Counted from the first letter of the stretch, positions 20,230 through 30,039 are shown. The stretch is 64,000 bases of DNA from an uncultured Actinomycetota bacterium (GCA_963746025.1 CAVUZU010000009.1:133727-197726); one strand, 5' to 3'. Made by a program: numbers and translations. The notes: a model not told the origin generated them from the letters alone.

Positions 20230-20957
20230 GCCGTCCTCGCGCCGAGCAGGCCGCGCAGTCCGCGTCGTCGCGGCTCGACCGGCTCGGAAGATGTCTCATC
20301 TCCCTCAACGGGCACGCCCCAATAACGTTCCCGATCGGCCGAGGGCCGACGGTGGGCCAGCGCGTCCCGGAGTTGGGCCCGGCCGCGGTGGATCCGGCTG
20401 CGAACGGTCCCGATCTTCACGTCCAGCACGCTGGCGATCTCTTCGTAGCTCATGCCCTCGATGTCACAGAGCACGACCGCGGCCCGGAACTCGGGCGGCA
20501 GCGCAGCCAGCGCCGAGGCGACGTCGTGTTCCATCCCGGCGTCGGACAGCCGCTCCGACGGGGTGGGCAGGTTGCTCGGCAGCCGCTCGGCGGTGCCGTC
20601 CGGCATCCCGTCGAAGCGGATCTTCTGCTTCCGCCGGGCCGTGTCGAGGAACAGGTTGGTGGTGATCCGGTGCAGCCAGCCCTCGAAGGTGCCCGGCTGG
20701 AACCGGTGCAGCGAGCGGAACACCCGGACGAACACGTCCTGGGTCAGGTCCTCGGCGTCGTGCGGGTTACCGGTCAGCCGGTACGCGAGCCGATAGACCC
20801 GGGCGCTGTGATCGCGGACGACCTCTTCCCAACTCGGCGGGCGCCACTCGGGCTCGGCGGGCGGTTGCCAGGCGTTGGGGTCGGGTGCCGGCCAGTTCTG
20901 CATGCCGCCCTCCCCCTCTGTCGTCTCGTGCCTCGGCTGGCTCACCGTGCTACTCAT
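20226..20957 (-). CDS. sigE: ECF RNA polymerase sigma factor SigE
   Basis: [33 protein letters not shown]...[11 protein letters not shown]; start placed 7 nt after AACAAT (alternatives up to 20987). Confidence 0.95.
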   Translation of the reverse strand: MSSTVSQPRHETTEGEGGMQNWPAPDPNAWQPPAEPEWRPPSWEEVVRDHSARVYRLAYRLTGNPHDAEDLTQDVFVRVFRSLHRFQPGTFEGWLHRITTNLFLDTARRKQKIRFDGMPDGTAERLPSNLPTPSERLSDAGMEHDVASALAALPPEFRAAVVLCDIEGMSYEEIASVLDVKIGTVRSRIHRGRAQLRDALAHRRPSADRERYWGVPVEGDETSSEPVEPRRRGLRGLLGARTA

Positions 20958-21063
20958 GGTCGTCATTGTTGCGAGCCAACCTGGCAATCTGCTAAGCGTT
21001 CGCTGTCAATCTGCGCCACCGTCGTGTGATCGTGCCCATAAACTCCCGCGACGCAGCGCTCCC

Positions 21064-21582
21064 TCAGAGTAATCGATCCTGTGCGGTCTCGGCATGTTCG
21101 GCCTCCAGACCGAGCAACAGCCGCTTCCGATCCAGGCCGCCGCCGTAGCCGACCAGGGTGCCGTTGGCGCCGATCACCCGATGACACGGGATCACCACCG
21201 GGATCGGGTTGGCGCCGTTGGCCAGGCCGACGGCGCGGCTCGCCGTGCTGGTCCGGCCGGTCCGCAGTGCCAGCTCGCCGTAGCTGATCGTCTCGCCGTA
21301 GCCGATCCCGCACAGCGCCGTCCAGACCTCCCGCTGGAACGCCGAACCGGCGGGTTCCAGCGGCAGGTCGAAACTCTGCAGCCGGCCGGCGAAGTAGTCG
21401 GTCAGTTGGGCGACGGTAGCGGCCAGCACCGGGTCGTCCGGCACGGCGCCGGGCGCCAGCCGATCACTCGGCTCGAACTCGCCGTCGAACCGGATCAGGA
21501 TCAGCGCTCGGCCGTTGGACTCCAGCAGCAGCGGGCCGATCGGCGAGTCGATGACGGTCCGGCCGCCTGATTGGTCGGTCAC
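21064..21582 (-). CDS. ogt: Methylated-DNA--protein-cysteine methyltransferase
   Basis: RAVGLANGANP and the IPCHRV active site. Confidence 0.95.
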   Translation of the reverse strand: MTDQSGGRTVIDSPIGPLLLESNGRALILIRFDGEFEPSDRLAPGAVPDDPVLAATVAQLTDYFAGRLQSFDLPLEPAGSAFQREVWTALCGIGYGETISYGELALRTGRTSTASRAVGLANGANPIPVVIPCHRVIGANGTLVGYGGGLDRKRLLLGLEAEHAETAQDRLL

Positions 21583-23177
21583 TTCTTACTCCTGGGTGCT
21601 TCGGCCGCGTGCCACAGATGCATCACGGCGTACGAGCGCCACGGCCGGCAGCGCTCGATCTCTTCGGCGGTCGCCGGGCCGGCACCGACCGCGGTGAGGG
21701 CGTGCCGGACGCCGAGGTCAGTGCCGAGCCAGACATCGGGATCGCCGAGGGCGCGCATCGCGATGTAGTCGGCCGTCCATGGACCGATGCCGGGCAGGGC
21801 CAGGAGCTGCTGCCGGACCTCCGCGCGATCCGCGCCCCGATCCAGCCGCAGCCCGCCGTCGGCGACCGCCTCGGCCAGCACGACCAGGGCCCGGCCGCGG
21901 CTCCGCGGCATCGGCAGGTCCGCGGGATCGGCCACGGCGATCGCCTCCGGCCCGGGGAAGACGAGGTCCGGCCGGCCCGCAGTCGATGGGGCGTTTGAGG
22001 GTTCGTTCCCTGAGCCTGTCGAAGGGCAAATGTCATCGAGCCTGCCCTTCGACAGGCTCAGGGACCACAAACCCCCACCCTGCGGAGGCAGGCGGCTGCC
22101 ATACCGTTCCGCGATCCGGCCGAGCACGGTCCGCGCCCCGGCCACCGAGACCTGCTGGCCGACGATGGCCCGGACGGCGACCTCGAACCCGTCGACGTGA
22201 CCCGGCACCCGCAGCCCGGGCCGTCGCCGGACCAGTGGCTCGAGCAGCGCCGAACGGGTCAGCGTCTCGCCGATCGCGACCGGGTCGGCGTCCAGGTCGA
22301 GCAGCCGCCGGCAGCGCTCGACCGCGCTGGCCAGATCCCGCAGATCGGTCAACGTCAACTCGGCGTGGACGTGCCCCTCGCCCGGGGTCAGCCGGACCAG
22401 CGCCGGACCGCCCGGCAGCGCGAGGGTCCGCCGGTAGCCGGACCCGTCGACGGCTTCGACCCCGGCCACCGCGCGGTCCGCCAAGAAGGTCAACAGCCGC
22501 TCCCCGTCGAACGGCCGGCGCACCGCCAGCTCGAGGTCCACCTGCAGTGAGACCTGGGGTGCCGGCCGGTGCGGCGCCCGGGTCCGGCCGGTCCGGTCCG
22601 GGTGCCGGTGCCCGCCCGCCCGCAGCTCGCGCGGCGTGCTCGCGTACACGACGCGGATGGTGTCGTTGAACTGCCGCACGCTGGAGAAGCCGGCCGCGAA
22701 GGCCACGTCGGCGAACGGCATCGCGGTCTGCTCGATCAGGATCCGGGCGGTGTGCGCCCGCTGGCTCCGGGCCAGTGCCAGTGGACCGGCGCCGAGCCGG
22801 TCCAGCATCAGCCGGTTCAGCTGCCGGGTGCTGTAGCCGGTGCGCGCGGCCAGGCCGGCGACCCCTTCGCGCTCCACCACACCGTCGGCGATCAGCCGCA
22901 TCGCGCGGCCGACGACGTCGGCCCGGAAGTCCCACTCCGGCGAGCCGGGCGTCGCGTCCGGCCGGCACCGCCGGCAGGCCCGGTAGCCGGCCCGCTGCGC
23001 CGCGGCGGCCGACGGATAGAAGGTCAGGTTGCCCGGCTTCGGCGTCGTCGCCGGGCAGGACGGCCGGCAGTAGATCCGGGTCGTCCGGACCGCCACGTAG
23101 ATGATCCCGTCGAACCTGGCGTCCCGGCTGTCGGCAGCACGGAAGCAGGTCTCATGATCGAGTTCGGCGACGGTCAC
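21579..23177 (-). CDS. alkA: Ada-AlkA fusion: Ada Zn domain, AraC HTH and DNA-3-methyladenine glycosylase II
   Basis: YCRPSC...RACRRC, AAGFSSVRQFND, HhH LPGIGPWTADY, RPWRSYA; carries an in-frame repeat-derived insertion. Confidence 0.93.
   Translation of the reverse strand: MTVAELDHETCFRAADSRDARFDGIIYVAVRTTRIYCRPSCPATTPKPGNLTFYPSAAAAQRAGYRACRRCRPDATPGSPEWDFRADVVGRAMRLIADGVVEREGVAGLAARTGYSTRQLNRLMLDRLGAGPLALARSQRAHTARILIEQTAMPFADVAFAAGFSSVRQFNDTIRVVYASTPRELRAGGHRHPDRTGRTRAPHRPAPQVSLQVDLELAVRRPFDGERLLTFLADRAVAGVEAVDGSGYRRTLALPGGPALVRLTPGEGHVHAELTLTDLRDLASAVERCRRLLDLDADPVAIGETLTRSALLEPLVRRRPGLRVPGHVDGFEVAVRAIVGQQVSVAGARTVLGRIAERYGSRLPPQGGGLWSLSLSKGRLDDICPSTGSGNEPSNAPSTAGRPDLVFPGPEAIAVADPADLPMPRSRGRALVVLAEAVADGGLRLDRGADRAEVRQQLLALPGIGPWTADYIAMRALGDPDVWLGTDLGVRHALTAVGAGPATAEEIERCRPWRSYAVMHLWHAAEAPRSKK
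21988..22080. repeat. Family A REP-like inverted doublet inserted in frame in alkA
   Basis: TCCCTGAGCCTGTCGAAGGGCA ... TGCCCTTCGACAGGCTCAGGGA, a perfect 22-bp inverted pair. Confidence 0.9.
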
Positions 23178-23245
23178 GACACCATTCAAGGGCCCGTCAC
23201 TGACAGTGTCCGGCGGCTTTCGGACATCGCAGTCCGCTGCGCCGA

Positions 23246-24628
23246 TCAGCGCCGCTGGTCGCCGAAGACGAGATCCAGGATCAGGTTCAGCTTCACGTCC
23301 AGCGTGTGCCGCTCCGGATCGGTGACGGTCTCGGCCCGGTCGTACTTCCAGCTGTTGTTGACGCCCTGGAAGTGGCGGTGGGTGATGGCACCGTTCTTCT
23401 CCGCGCTCGACCCGACGATGCTGTGGATCCGCCACTGGCTGGTGCGCTCGTCCAGCCGGCCCGGGATGACGGCCCACTTGACCGTGGTCATGCCGGGCCG
23501 CTGATGCCGGTAGTCGACGAAGCGGCGTTGCCGTTCCGGGTCCAGCGGCCGTCGGGTGGCCTTGGCGATCCAGACGCCGTCGTAGCGGACCGCACCGGCC
23601 AGCGAATCCTCGGCGTGCTCGAAGACGGTCCGGCCGTCGTCGGCGATCGCCAGCTCGTCGATGTCGGCGTTGATCACGCCGGCGGCGTCGCGGAGGAAGC
23701 GGAACCGGCCGTGCTCCATCAGCGAATACTGCAGATAGTCGGAGTCCCAGATCTTCTTCGGCCCGCCCGGCGCGCCCCAGGGATAGTTCCAGGCCACCAC
23801 CGCCCCGACCTCGATCCCCGGCACCTCGGCGATGGCGGCCGCGATGTCGGCGGGGGTGTAGCGGGTCGAGTTGTTGTCGTACAACACGACCGCGGTCACG
23901 CCGTGCACATCGTGGTAGAACCGCAGCCAGTCCTGGATCCAGACCAGATCGTTGTCCTTGGACTTGCTGATCAGGGCCCGGTGTCCGGCGAACCGCGCCG
24001 CGTCGTCGGCCCCGACCCGCGACCCGAAACGGATCGGCCCGCCCTCCATCGGCGTCAGCTCGAGCTCGAGGTCCGCCCCGGCCCCCGGCGCGCGCAGTCG
24101 CGACCGCTGGGTCCGGCTCCAGTCCCGCAACCGGATCCGATCGGACACGTCGGTGCCGTCCAGCGTCCACCGGCCGGTGCGGACCACCTCGGCCAGATCG
24201 TGCAGCGGCGGTCCGCTGAGCCAGATGTCGTCCCGGCACCGGAAGACGTCGTAGAACAAGGTGTGCGCGTCGTATCGGGCCAGGTAGTCGGGCTGCTGGT
24301 CCTCGGGCCGGCGCGGCGGTGTCCGCTGCAACGGTCCGTCGGCCGGCAAGATCATTCCGGACGGCTCGACCACCTGGATGTCGCCACCGGCCGGCGCCGG
24401 TTCGGCCAGCCGCTGCCGGACCGCCTTCAGGAAGCGGTCGACCGTGACCTCGACGCCGAGGTGCCGCATCACCGCGCGGAGATCCGACTGGACACCGGCC
24501 AGTTCGTCTTCGACGGCGCGGAGGCGGCGCGTCAACTCCGGTTCGGTCGTGGCGGCGGAGCCGTTGACGGCTCGACGGACCAACGATCGTGCGGCGCTGA
24601 GCGGGCGGTCTCGGAGACTGCTACCCAC
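23246..24628 (-). CDS. Putative GT-A fold glycosyltransferase-like protein (GT2/GT92-like)
   Basis: WIQDWLRFY...VVLYDNNS and NADIDEL (DxD); AGAGGA SD before GTG 24628. Confidence 0.6.
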   Translation of the reverse strand: MGSSLRDRPLSAARSLVRRAVNGSAATTEPELTRRLRAVEDELAGVQSDLRAVMRHLGVEVTVDRFLKAVRQRLAEPAPAGGDIQVVEPSGMILPADGPLQRTPPRRPEDQQPDYLARYDAHTLFYDVFRCRDDIWLSGPPLHDLAEVVRTGRWTLDGTDVSDRIRLRDWSRTQRSRLRAPGAGADLELELTPMEGGPIRFGSRVGADDAARFAGHRALISKSKDNDLVWIQDWLRFYHDVHGVTAVVLYDNNSTRYTPADIAAAIAEVPGIEVGAVVAWNYPWGAPGGPKKIWDSDYLQYSLMEHGRFRFLRDAAGVINADIDELAIADDGRTVFEHAEDSLAGAVRYDGVWIAKATRRPLDPERQRRFVDYRHQRPGMTTVKWAVIPGRLDERTSQWRIHSIVGSSAEKNGAITHRHFQGVNNSWKYDRAETVTDPERHTLDVKLNLILDLVFGDQRR

Positions 24629-24813
24629 GGATGATGTCCTCTCTGACCGGGATGTCCCACACGCCCGGCCCGCAGCGCCATCCATCCCGTTCGGTGAATG
24701 TACCCCTCTGCGCCGGCGGGCGCGGAGAAAAGGCGAGTTGTCCTGCCGCGTGACACCACGGCATTAGGGTGGGTCCGGCTCGGGGGCAACATGGGTTCGA
24801 CGAAGGAGTCCGG

Positions 24814-25806
24814 ATGGATCGGCGGATGTCGCGCCTGGTGTCACTGACGGTCGCGATGGTCGCCGCGATCGGCACCGGCCTGGCGGGGGTGCTCGGCCAG
24901 GACCGCGCAGCCTTCGGGCTGCTCGGGCTGACCCTGTTGGCCGGCCTGGCCTGGGGCTTTCTCTCGGTCCGGCTGATCGTGGTCCGGTTGAACGGCCTGC
25001 AGCAGATCCGCGCCGGGCAGGCAACGGTGTTGGACCGGATCGGCCGGCTGGCCGGGACGGGAGCGGCGCCGGACCGGACCCCGGAGTTGATCAAGACCGT
25101 CAACCAGGGCAGCAAAGCCGTCACCGATCGGGTGATCGCCGTGTCCAAGCAACTCGACCACCTGCCGTACCTGACCGTCGAGCTGGGCCGCCGGCAGCAG
25201 CAGTTGATCACCGACGACCTGCCGATGCCGGTGCTGGGCGCCAACTGGGGCGCCACCACCCCGACCGTGCTGGCGATCATCGACGAGATCCTCGGCGCCG
25301 CGGGCCGCCGGGTGGTCTTGGAATGCGGCTCCGGCGGTTCGACCCTGTGGGCCGCCGCCTCGCTCCGGTTGCGCGGCGACGGCGGTCAGGTGATCACGCT
25401 GGAACACGACGCCGAGTACGCCGAGGTCACCCGGGCGACACTGCGCGCGCACGGCCTCGCCGACTGGGTCACGGTGGTGGACGCACCGCTGGTTGACACC
25501 GAGTTCGACGGCGGCGAGCAGCCCTGGTACGACCTGTCCGGGCTGGGCGAGCAGGCGCCGGTGGACCTGTTGTTCGTCGACGGTCCGCCGCGCCCGACCG
25601 CCCGGTTGGCGCGGGTCCCCGCCCTGCCACTGCTGGCCGACCGGCTCCGGTCCGGCGCGTTGATCATCCTCGACGACACCAACCGGGCCGCCGAACGGGA
25701 GATCATCAAGCAGTGGACCACGCCCGGTGCCGTGCCCGGGATGAGCATCAGGAGGGCCCGGCAGGTCGGCCGGTCCACCATGCTGGTGGCCACCCGCGAC
25801 GTCTGA
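24814..25806 (+). CDS. Membrane-anchored class I SAM-dependent methyltransferase
   Basis: VLECGSGGST, LEHD, DLLFVDGPP, IILDD; two N-terminal TM helices; GAAGGAG SD. Confidence 0.85.
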   Translation: MDRRMSRLVSLTVAMVAAIGTGLAGVLGQDRAAFGLLGLTLLAGLAWGFLSVRLIVVRLNGLQQIRAGQATVLDRIGRLAGTGAAPDRTPELIKTVNQGSKAVTDRVIAVSKQLDHLPYLTVELGRRQQQLITDDLPMPVLGANWGATTPTVLAIIDEILGAAGRRVVLECGSGGSTLWAAASLRLRGDGGQVITLEHDAEYAEVTRATLRAHGLADWVTVVDAPLVDTEFDGGEQPWYDLSGLGEQAPVDLLFVDGPPRPTARLARVPALPLLADRLRSGALIILDDTNRAAEREIIKQWTTPGAVPGMSIRRARQVGRSTMLVATRDV

Positions 25807-25860
25807 TCAAGCTCGGCGACCGGCTCGAGTTCCTTCAACCCGGCGCTCCGCACGCCGAGC

Positions 25861-26487
25861 TCAGCCGGCTGACTGGTTGACCTCTTCCGGGTCGATCTGG
25901 AGTGGGACCGGCTTCGGCGCCGTGGCGTCGATCGCGGCCGCGACCGCTGCGTCGAACGGAGCCGCATGCTCCACTCCACGGTCGTACATCGTGTGAGTGG
26001 CACAGATGGTCCACCGTTTCTTGTCCCACAGCAGCCGCCACTGACCCTCGCGTGGCTCGGTCGCGCCCTCAGCCGGATACGCGACCAGCACCCGCATCCG
26101 GAGTCCGGCGGCATCGGGCATTGGGCGCAACGGCAGCTTGGAGCCATCGAGACGTCGGTCGGTGATCGCGATCAAGCCGATCTCCGACCAGGGCAGCAGG
26201 GCCAGGGTTTCGCGGCGGCCGACCTCGACCCCAGCAGGGCTGAAGATCAGCCAGACCGGGCGGCGCCAGGCCACGATGCCGAGGATCGAGACCACCAGAC
26301 CGACGAGTCCGCCGAGGATCAGGAGGGCACCGATGATGTAGTCCGGTGGAAGGGTCGCGTTGAGCAGCGGCACCGGGGCCACGGCAAGCATTCCGAGGGC
26401 CACGACCAGGAAGAACACGCTGACGGCCAGGTTCTTCTTACGGCTCTGAAATTCGGTCCGCGGCTGGTCTGGATTCTCCGACGACAT
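25861..26487 (-). CDS. Hypothetical membrane protein (2 TM plus soluble domain)
   Basis: Two hydrophobic helices followed by LPWSEI; leaderless ATG after CACCCT. Confidence 0.7.
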   Translation of the reverse strand: MSSENPDQPRTEFQSRKKNLAVSVFFLVVALGMLAVAPVPLLNATLPPDYIIGALLILGGLVGLVVSILGIVAWRRPVWLIFSPAGVEVGRRETLALLPWSEIGLIAITDRRLDGSKLPLRPMPDAAGLRMRVLVAYPAEGATEPREGQWRLLWDKKRWTICATHTMYDRGVEHAAPFDAAVAAAIDATAPKPVPLQIDPEEVNQSAG

Positions 26488-26494
26488 GGACGCA

Positions 26495-26538
26495 AGGGTG
26501 CTGGAGCGGCCTCACAACAACCTCACAGCGGTCTCACA
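26495..26538 (-). promoter_or_regulatory. Putative SARP binding site and -10 box
   Basis: CTCACA on + (TGTGAG on -) at 26511, 26522 and 26533, exact 11-bp period, just upstream of CACCCT-N7-ATG. Confidence 0.7.
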
Positions 26539-28879
26539 CCGTCCCGCCCGCGACTTCGCGCTGGAGGTCCTTGCCCTCGGGACAGCCGTACGCATCGAAC
26601 AACTCGACGGCCTCGGCGAGATGCCGATCGGCCTCGCCATCGGCCATCCGCCGCAGGGCTCGGCCGAGTGCACGATGTGACCGAGCCAGCCCGAGATGAT
26701 GCCCGGTGTCGGCGTGGATGGTGAGCGCCGTGCCAGCCGACTCGACGGCCGCGCTCGGTCGTCCCAGCGCGAACTCGGCCTCGGATCGAGCGATGTACGC
26801 ATGTCCCTCGAGGACGCGGTACCCGTGGTCGGCCGCGAGTCGAAGGGCCACGGCCGCGTGCGCCAGTGCGGCGGTGGGCTCGTCGGCCGTCAGTTCGGCG
26901 ACCGACTGGCACACCAAGACGTTGACCTCGGCCTCCCGATGGTCCAGGCTGCGAGCGATCGTCACCGCGTCCCGAATGTCGGCCAGGGCCTGGCGGAGTT
27001 GGCCGAGCGGGATCCGCGCCATCGACATCGCGGCGCGGGCCTGGGCGCTGAGACCGGCCTGTCGATACCGATCGGCCAGGGCAGCGGCCGTCCTGGCCCG
27101 CCGGAGGGCTTCGCTCGGCCGGCCCTGGTTGATCCGGACGAGTGCCGTTTCGACCTGAACCTGGATCTGGGTGCGTGGCCGACCGACACCGTCCGCGAGA
27201 GTCTCCGCCGCTTCGAGGTGAGCCAGGGCTTCCGTCGGCCGGCCGAGCTGCTGGCCGACCAGCCCGAGGTTGGCCAGCGCCCGGGCGCGCTCGTTGCGGG
27301 TCGCGGCGGTCGGGCCCACCGCAACCGCCCGCTCGGCAAGCTCAGCCGCGCGATGAAGTTGGCCCTGCCGGACGGCGAGCAGGCCGAGGTCGGTGACCCC
27401 GATTTCCTGGTCGGCGGCGTCGTCGGGGGCGTCGTCGATGATCCGGGATGCCGCAATCCGCAGGGCCAACGGCAGCCGGCTGCCGGCGCGGGCCAAGGTC
27501 CGGATGGCGTCGCTCGACGCGACCGCGCGGGACCGTCCGATCAACCGGGTGAGCAGCCGTTCGGCATCCTCGACCTTCAGGTGGCCCAGTGCGATCCGGT
27601 GGGCTCCATCGACTGCGACCAACTGCGACATCCGCCGACGGCTGGTCACCACCACCAGCTGGCCCGACTCCGACAGCAGTAACGGTCGGACCTGCTCGAC
27701 AGCAGCGGCGTTGTCGAGAAGGAGCAGCACCCGGCGACCCGACGCCATCGTCCGCAGCAGCGCGCTCGCTGCGTCGGGTTCCGCCGGAATCCGACTCCGG
27801 TCCACACCGAGGCCGGCGAGCAACGCGGCCAGGGCCTGGCCCGGGGTCAGCGGGGGTTCGACGGAATTCCCACGGAGATCGAGGTAGAGCCGACCGTGCG
27901 GAAAGCGCTGCGCGATTCGCTGCGCCCAGCGGACAGCGAGGGCTGTCTTCCCAGCTCCGGCGGCACCGGTCAGGACGACCAGGGACGGATCGCCCTCCGC
28001 GGCGCTGGAGAGCACTCCGTCGAGCTCCGCGAACTCCGCCGTACGACCGGTGAAGCCGGCCGCCACCGGCGGCAGCTGCTCCGGATACGGCCAGGTCTCC
28101 TGGTTGGCCCGGACGGTGCCCGGTGCCGTCGCAGCCACGGGAGCGGACCCCAGACTGGCATCCGCTCGGAGAATCGCGGCCTCCAGATCGAGGAACGCCG
28201 GGCCTGGATCCAGGCCGAGCTCCTCGGCCAGGTGCCGGCGGTACGATCTGGCCGCGTCGAGTGCCCGGCCGATCTGACCGGACCGGTACGAGGTGAGCAT
28301 CAGGTGCCGCACCAGCCGTTCGCGGGCAGGATTCCCGTCGACGAGTTCCACCAGTTCATCCAGCAGGCTGCTGGCCTGCCCGAGCCGCAATTCCGCCGCG
28401 ATCCGGTTTTCGTACGCGACCAGCCGAGCCTCCTCGAGCCCTCCGCACAATCGGTTCCGCAGCAATCCGTCGGCGACACCACCCAGGGCCGGACCGCTCC
28501 ACAGGGCGAGGGCAGCACGCAGTAGGGCGACCCTGCCGCCATCGTCCCCGGCCGTACGGGCCCGCTCGATCAGGCCGCGGAACCGGCAGACGTCGACCGC
28601 GTCAGCGTCCACCTCGAGGGCATATCCGCCGTGGCAGTTCCGGATCGGTGCGGCCTCCCCGAGTGCCGTACGCAACTCCGCGATCCTGGTGTACAGCCCG
28701 GCCCGATCACTCTTCGGCAGGCCATCCGGCCACAGCAGGCCGATCAGGCGATCCGTCACGACCGGTCGGCCGGGCTCCAGCGCCAGGATCGCCAGGATCA
28801 GCCGCTGCTGCCGCGAGCCGAGGTCCAGTCGTCTCCCCGCGTCCCAGGCCTGGACCGGTCCGAGCAGACGAATGTCCAT
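26534..28879 (-). CDS. AfsR/SARP family regulator (OmpR-type DBD, BTAD, NB-ARC, TPR), apparently with an internal deletion
   Basis: IRLLGPV, AEELGLDPG, GAAGAGKT, LLLLDNA, VVVTSR and LPLALRIAA, followed almost immediately by TPR-like repeats. Confidence 0.88.
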   Translation of the reverse strand: MDIRLLGPVQAWDAGRRLDLGSRQQRLILAILALEPGRPVVTDRLIGLLWPDGLPKSDRAGLYTRIAELRTALGEAAPIRNCHGGYALEVDADAVDVCRFRGLIERARTAGDDGGRVALLRAALALWSGPALGGVADGLLRNRLCGGLEEARLVAYENRIAAELRLGQASSLLDELVELVDGNPARERLVRHLMLTSYRSGQIGRALDAARSYRRHLAEELGLDPGPAFLDLEAAILRADASLGSAPVAATAPGTVRANQETWPYPEQLPPVAAGFTGRTAEFAELDGVLSSAAEGDPSLVVLTGAAGAGKTALAVRWAQRIAQRFPHGRLYLDLRGNSVEPPLTPGQALAALLAGLGVDRSRIPAEPDAASALLRTMASGRRVLLLLDNAAAVEQVRPLLLSESGQLVVVTSRRRMSQLVAVDGAHRIALGHLKVEDAERLLTRLIGRSRAVASSDAIRTLARAGSRLPLALRIAASRIIDDAPDDAADQEIGVTDLGLLAVRQGQLHRAAELAERAVAVGPTAATRNERARALANLGLVGQQLGRPTEALAHLEAAETLADGVGRPRTQIQVQVETALVRINQGRPSEALRRARTAAALADRYRQAGLSAQARAAMSMARIPLGQLRQALADIRDAVTIARSLDHREAEVNVLVCQSVAELTADEPTAALAHAAVALRLAADHGYRVLEGHAYIARSEAEFALGRPSAAVESAGTALTIHADTGHHLGLARSHRALGRALRRMADGEADRHLAEAVELFDAYGCPEGKDLQREVAGGTV

Positions 28880-28891
28880 CCCGGCCGACGA

Positions 28892-29779
28892 TCAGAGCAG
28901 ACCGGCGGCCCGGAGCTGATCGCCGAAGACCTGCCGCTGCTCGTCGGTTGCCTCGACCTGCGGCAACCGCAGCCCGCCGACGCCGCGGCCCTGCAGGGCG
29001 AGCCCGGCCTTGACCATGCTGACGCCCTGGGCAGCGAAGACGCCGGTGAACACCGGCAGCAACTCCTGGTGCAGCCGCAATGCCTCGGCCGTGTCGGCCT
29101 TGGCGAACGCCTGGATCAACCGCTTCATCCCGCGGCCGGTGAAGTGGGTCGAGGTGCCGACCACGCCGACGCCGCCGACCGCCAGCAGCGGCAGGGTCAG
29201 CGCGTCGTCGCCGGAGTAGTAGGCCAGGTCGGTCTTGCTGATCACCGTCGCGGACGCGGTCACGTCACTCTTGGCGTCCTTGACCGCGACGATCCGCGGG
29301 TGCTCGGCCAGCCGGAGCATGGATTCGGTCGCGATCGGCGTGCCGGTGCGGTGCGGGATGTCGTACACCATGATCGGCAGCGCGGTCTCGTCGGCGACGG
29401 TGCGGAAGTGCCGGACCAGGCCTTCCTGCGGCGGCTTGGAGTAGTACGGGGTGACGACGAGCAGTCCGTTGGCACCGGCTGCCTCGGCCTCGTGCGCGGT
29501 CTCGATGGTGTGCCGGGTGTCGTAGGAGCCGACGCCGGCGATCACCAACGCCTTGTCGCCGATCGACTCGACCACGGCGCGCAGCAGCGCCACCTTTTCG
29601 CCGGCCGAGGTGGTCGGCGACTCGCCGGTCGTCCCGCTGATCACCAGCGCGTCGTTGTCCTGCTCGTCGACCAGGTAGCGGGCCAACTCGGCCGCGCCCT
29701 CGGTGTCGAGGGAGCCGTCATCGGCGAACGGGGTCACCATCGCGGTGATCAGATTTCCAAACGGAGGTACGACCGACAT
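28892..29779 (-). CDS. dapA: 4-hydroxy-tetrahydrodipicolinate synthase
   Basis: TAMVTPF, GTTGES, YDIPHRT, VKDA, YSGDD; leaderless start after TAGAAT. Confidence 0.93.
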   Translation of the reverse strand: MSVVPPFGNLITAMVTPFADDGSLDTEGAAELARYLVDEQDNDALVISGTTGESPTTSAGEKVALLRAVVESIGDKALVIAGVGSYDTRHTIETAHEAEAAGANGLLVVTPYYSKPPQEGLVRHFRTVADETALPIMVYDIPHRTGTPIATESMLRLAEHPRIVAVKDAKSDVTASATVISKTDLAYYSGDDALTLPLLAVGGVGVVGTSTHFTGRGMKRLIQAFAKADTAEALRLHQELLPVFTGVFAAQGVSMVKAGLALQGRGVGGLRLPQVEATDEQRQVFGDQLRAAGLL

Positions 29780-30039
29780 GGCCGTCATTCTAGTGTCGGC
29801 GGCCGCTGCGGAGCCCGTCGAATTCGACGGCGTCGGGCCTGGCCGGCGGCATGATCCGGGCTCGGCAGCAACATCGGCGCCGCGGTGCCCGTACGCCCCG
29901 GATTTCTCCACCGGAGAAGGACAACAACGCCATGAACCACACCGGCCGAGACCTCACGCGGGCACCGACACTCCGCCAATTCCCGTGCATTGGTGACGTC
30001 TCGGCGGTTGGGCGGGTCCGCGCGGATAGGCTGACCGGC

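Noticed and set aside
23178-24239. Apparent 886-aa AlkA fusion
   Set aside because: The upstream part is an alternative frame over the GT-like gene; the Ada domain starts at about 23177
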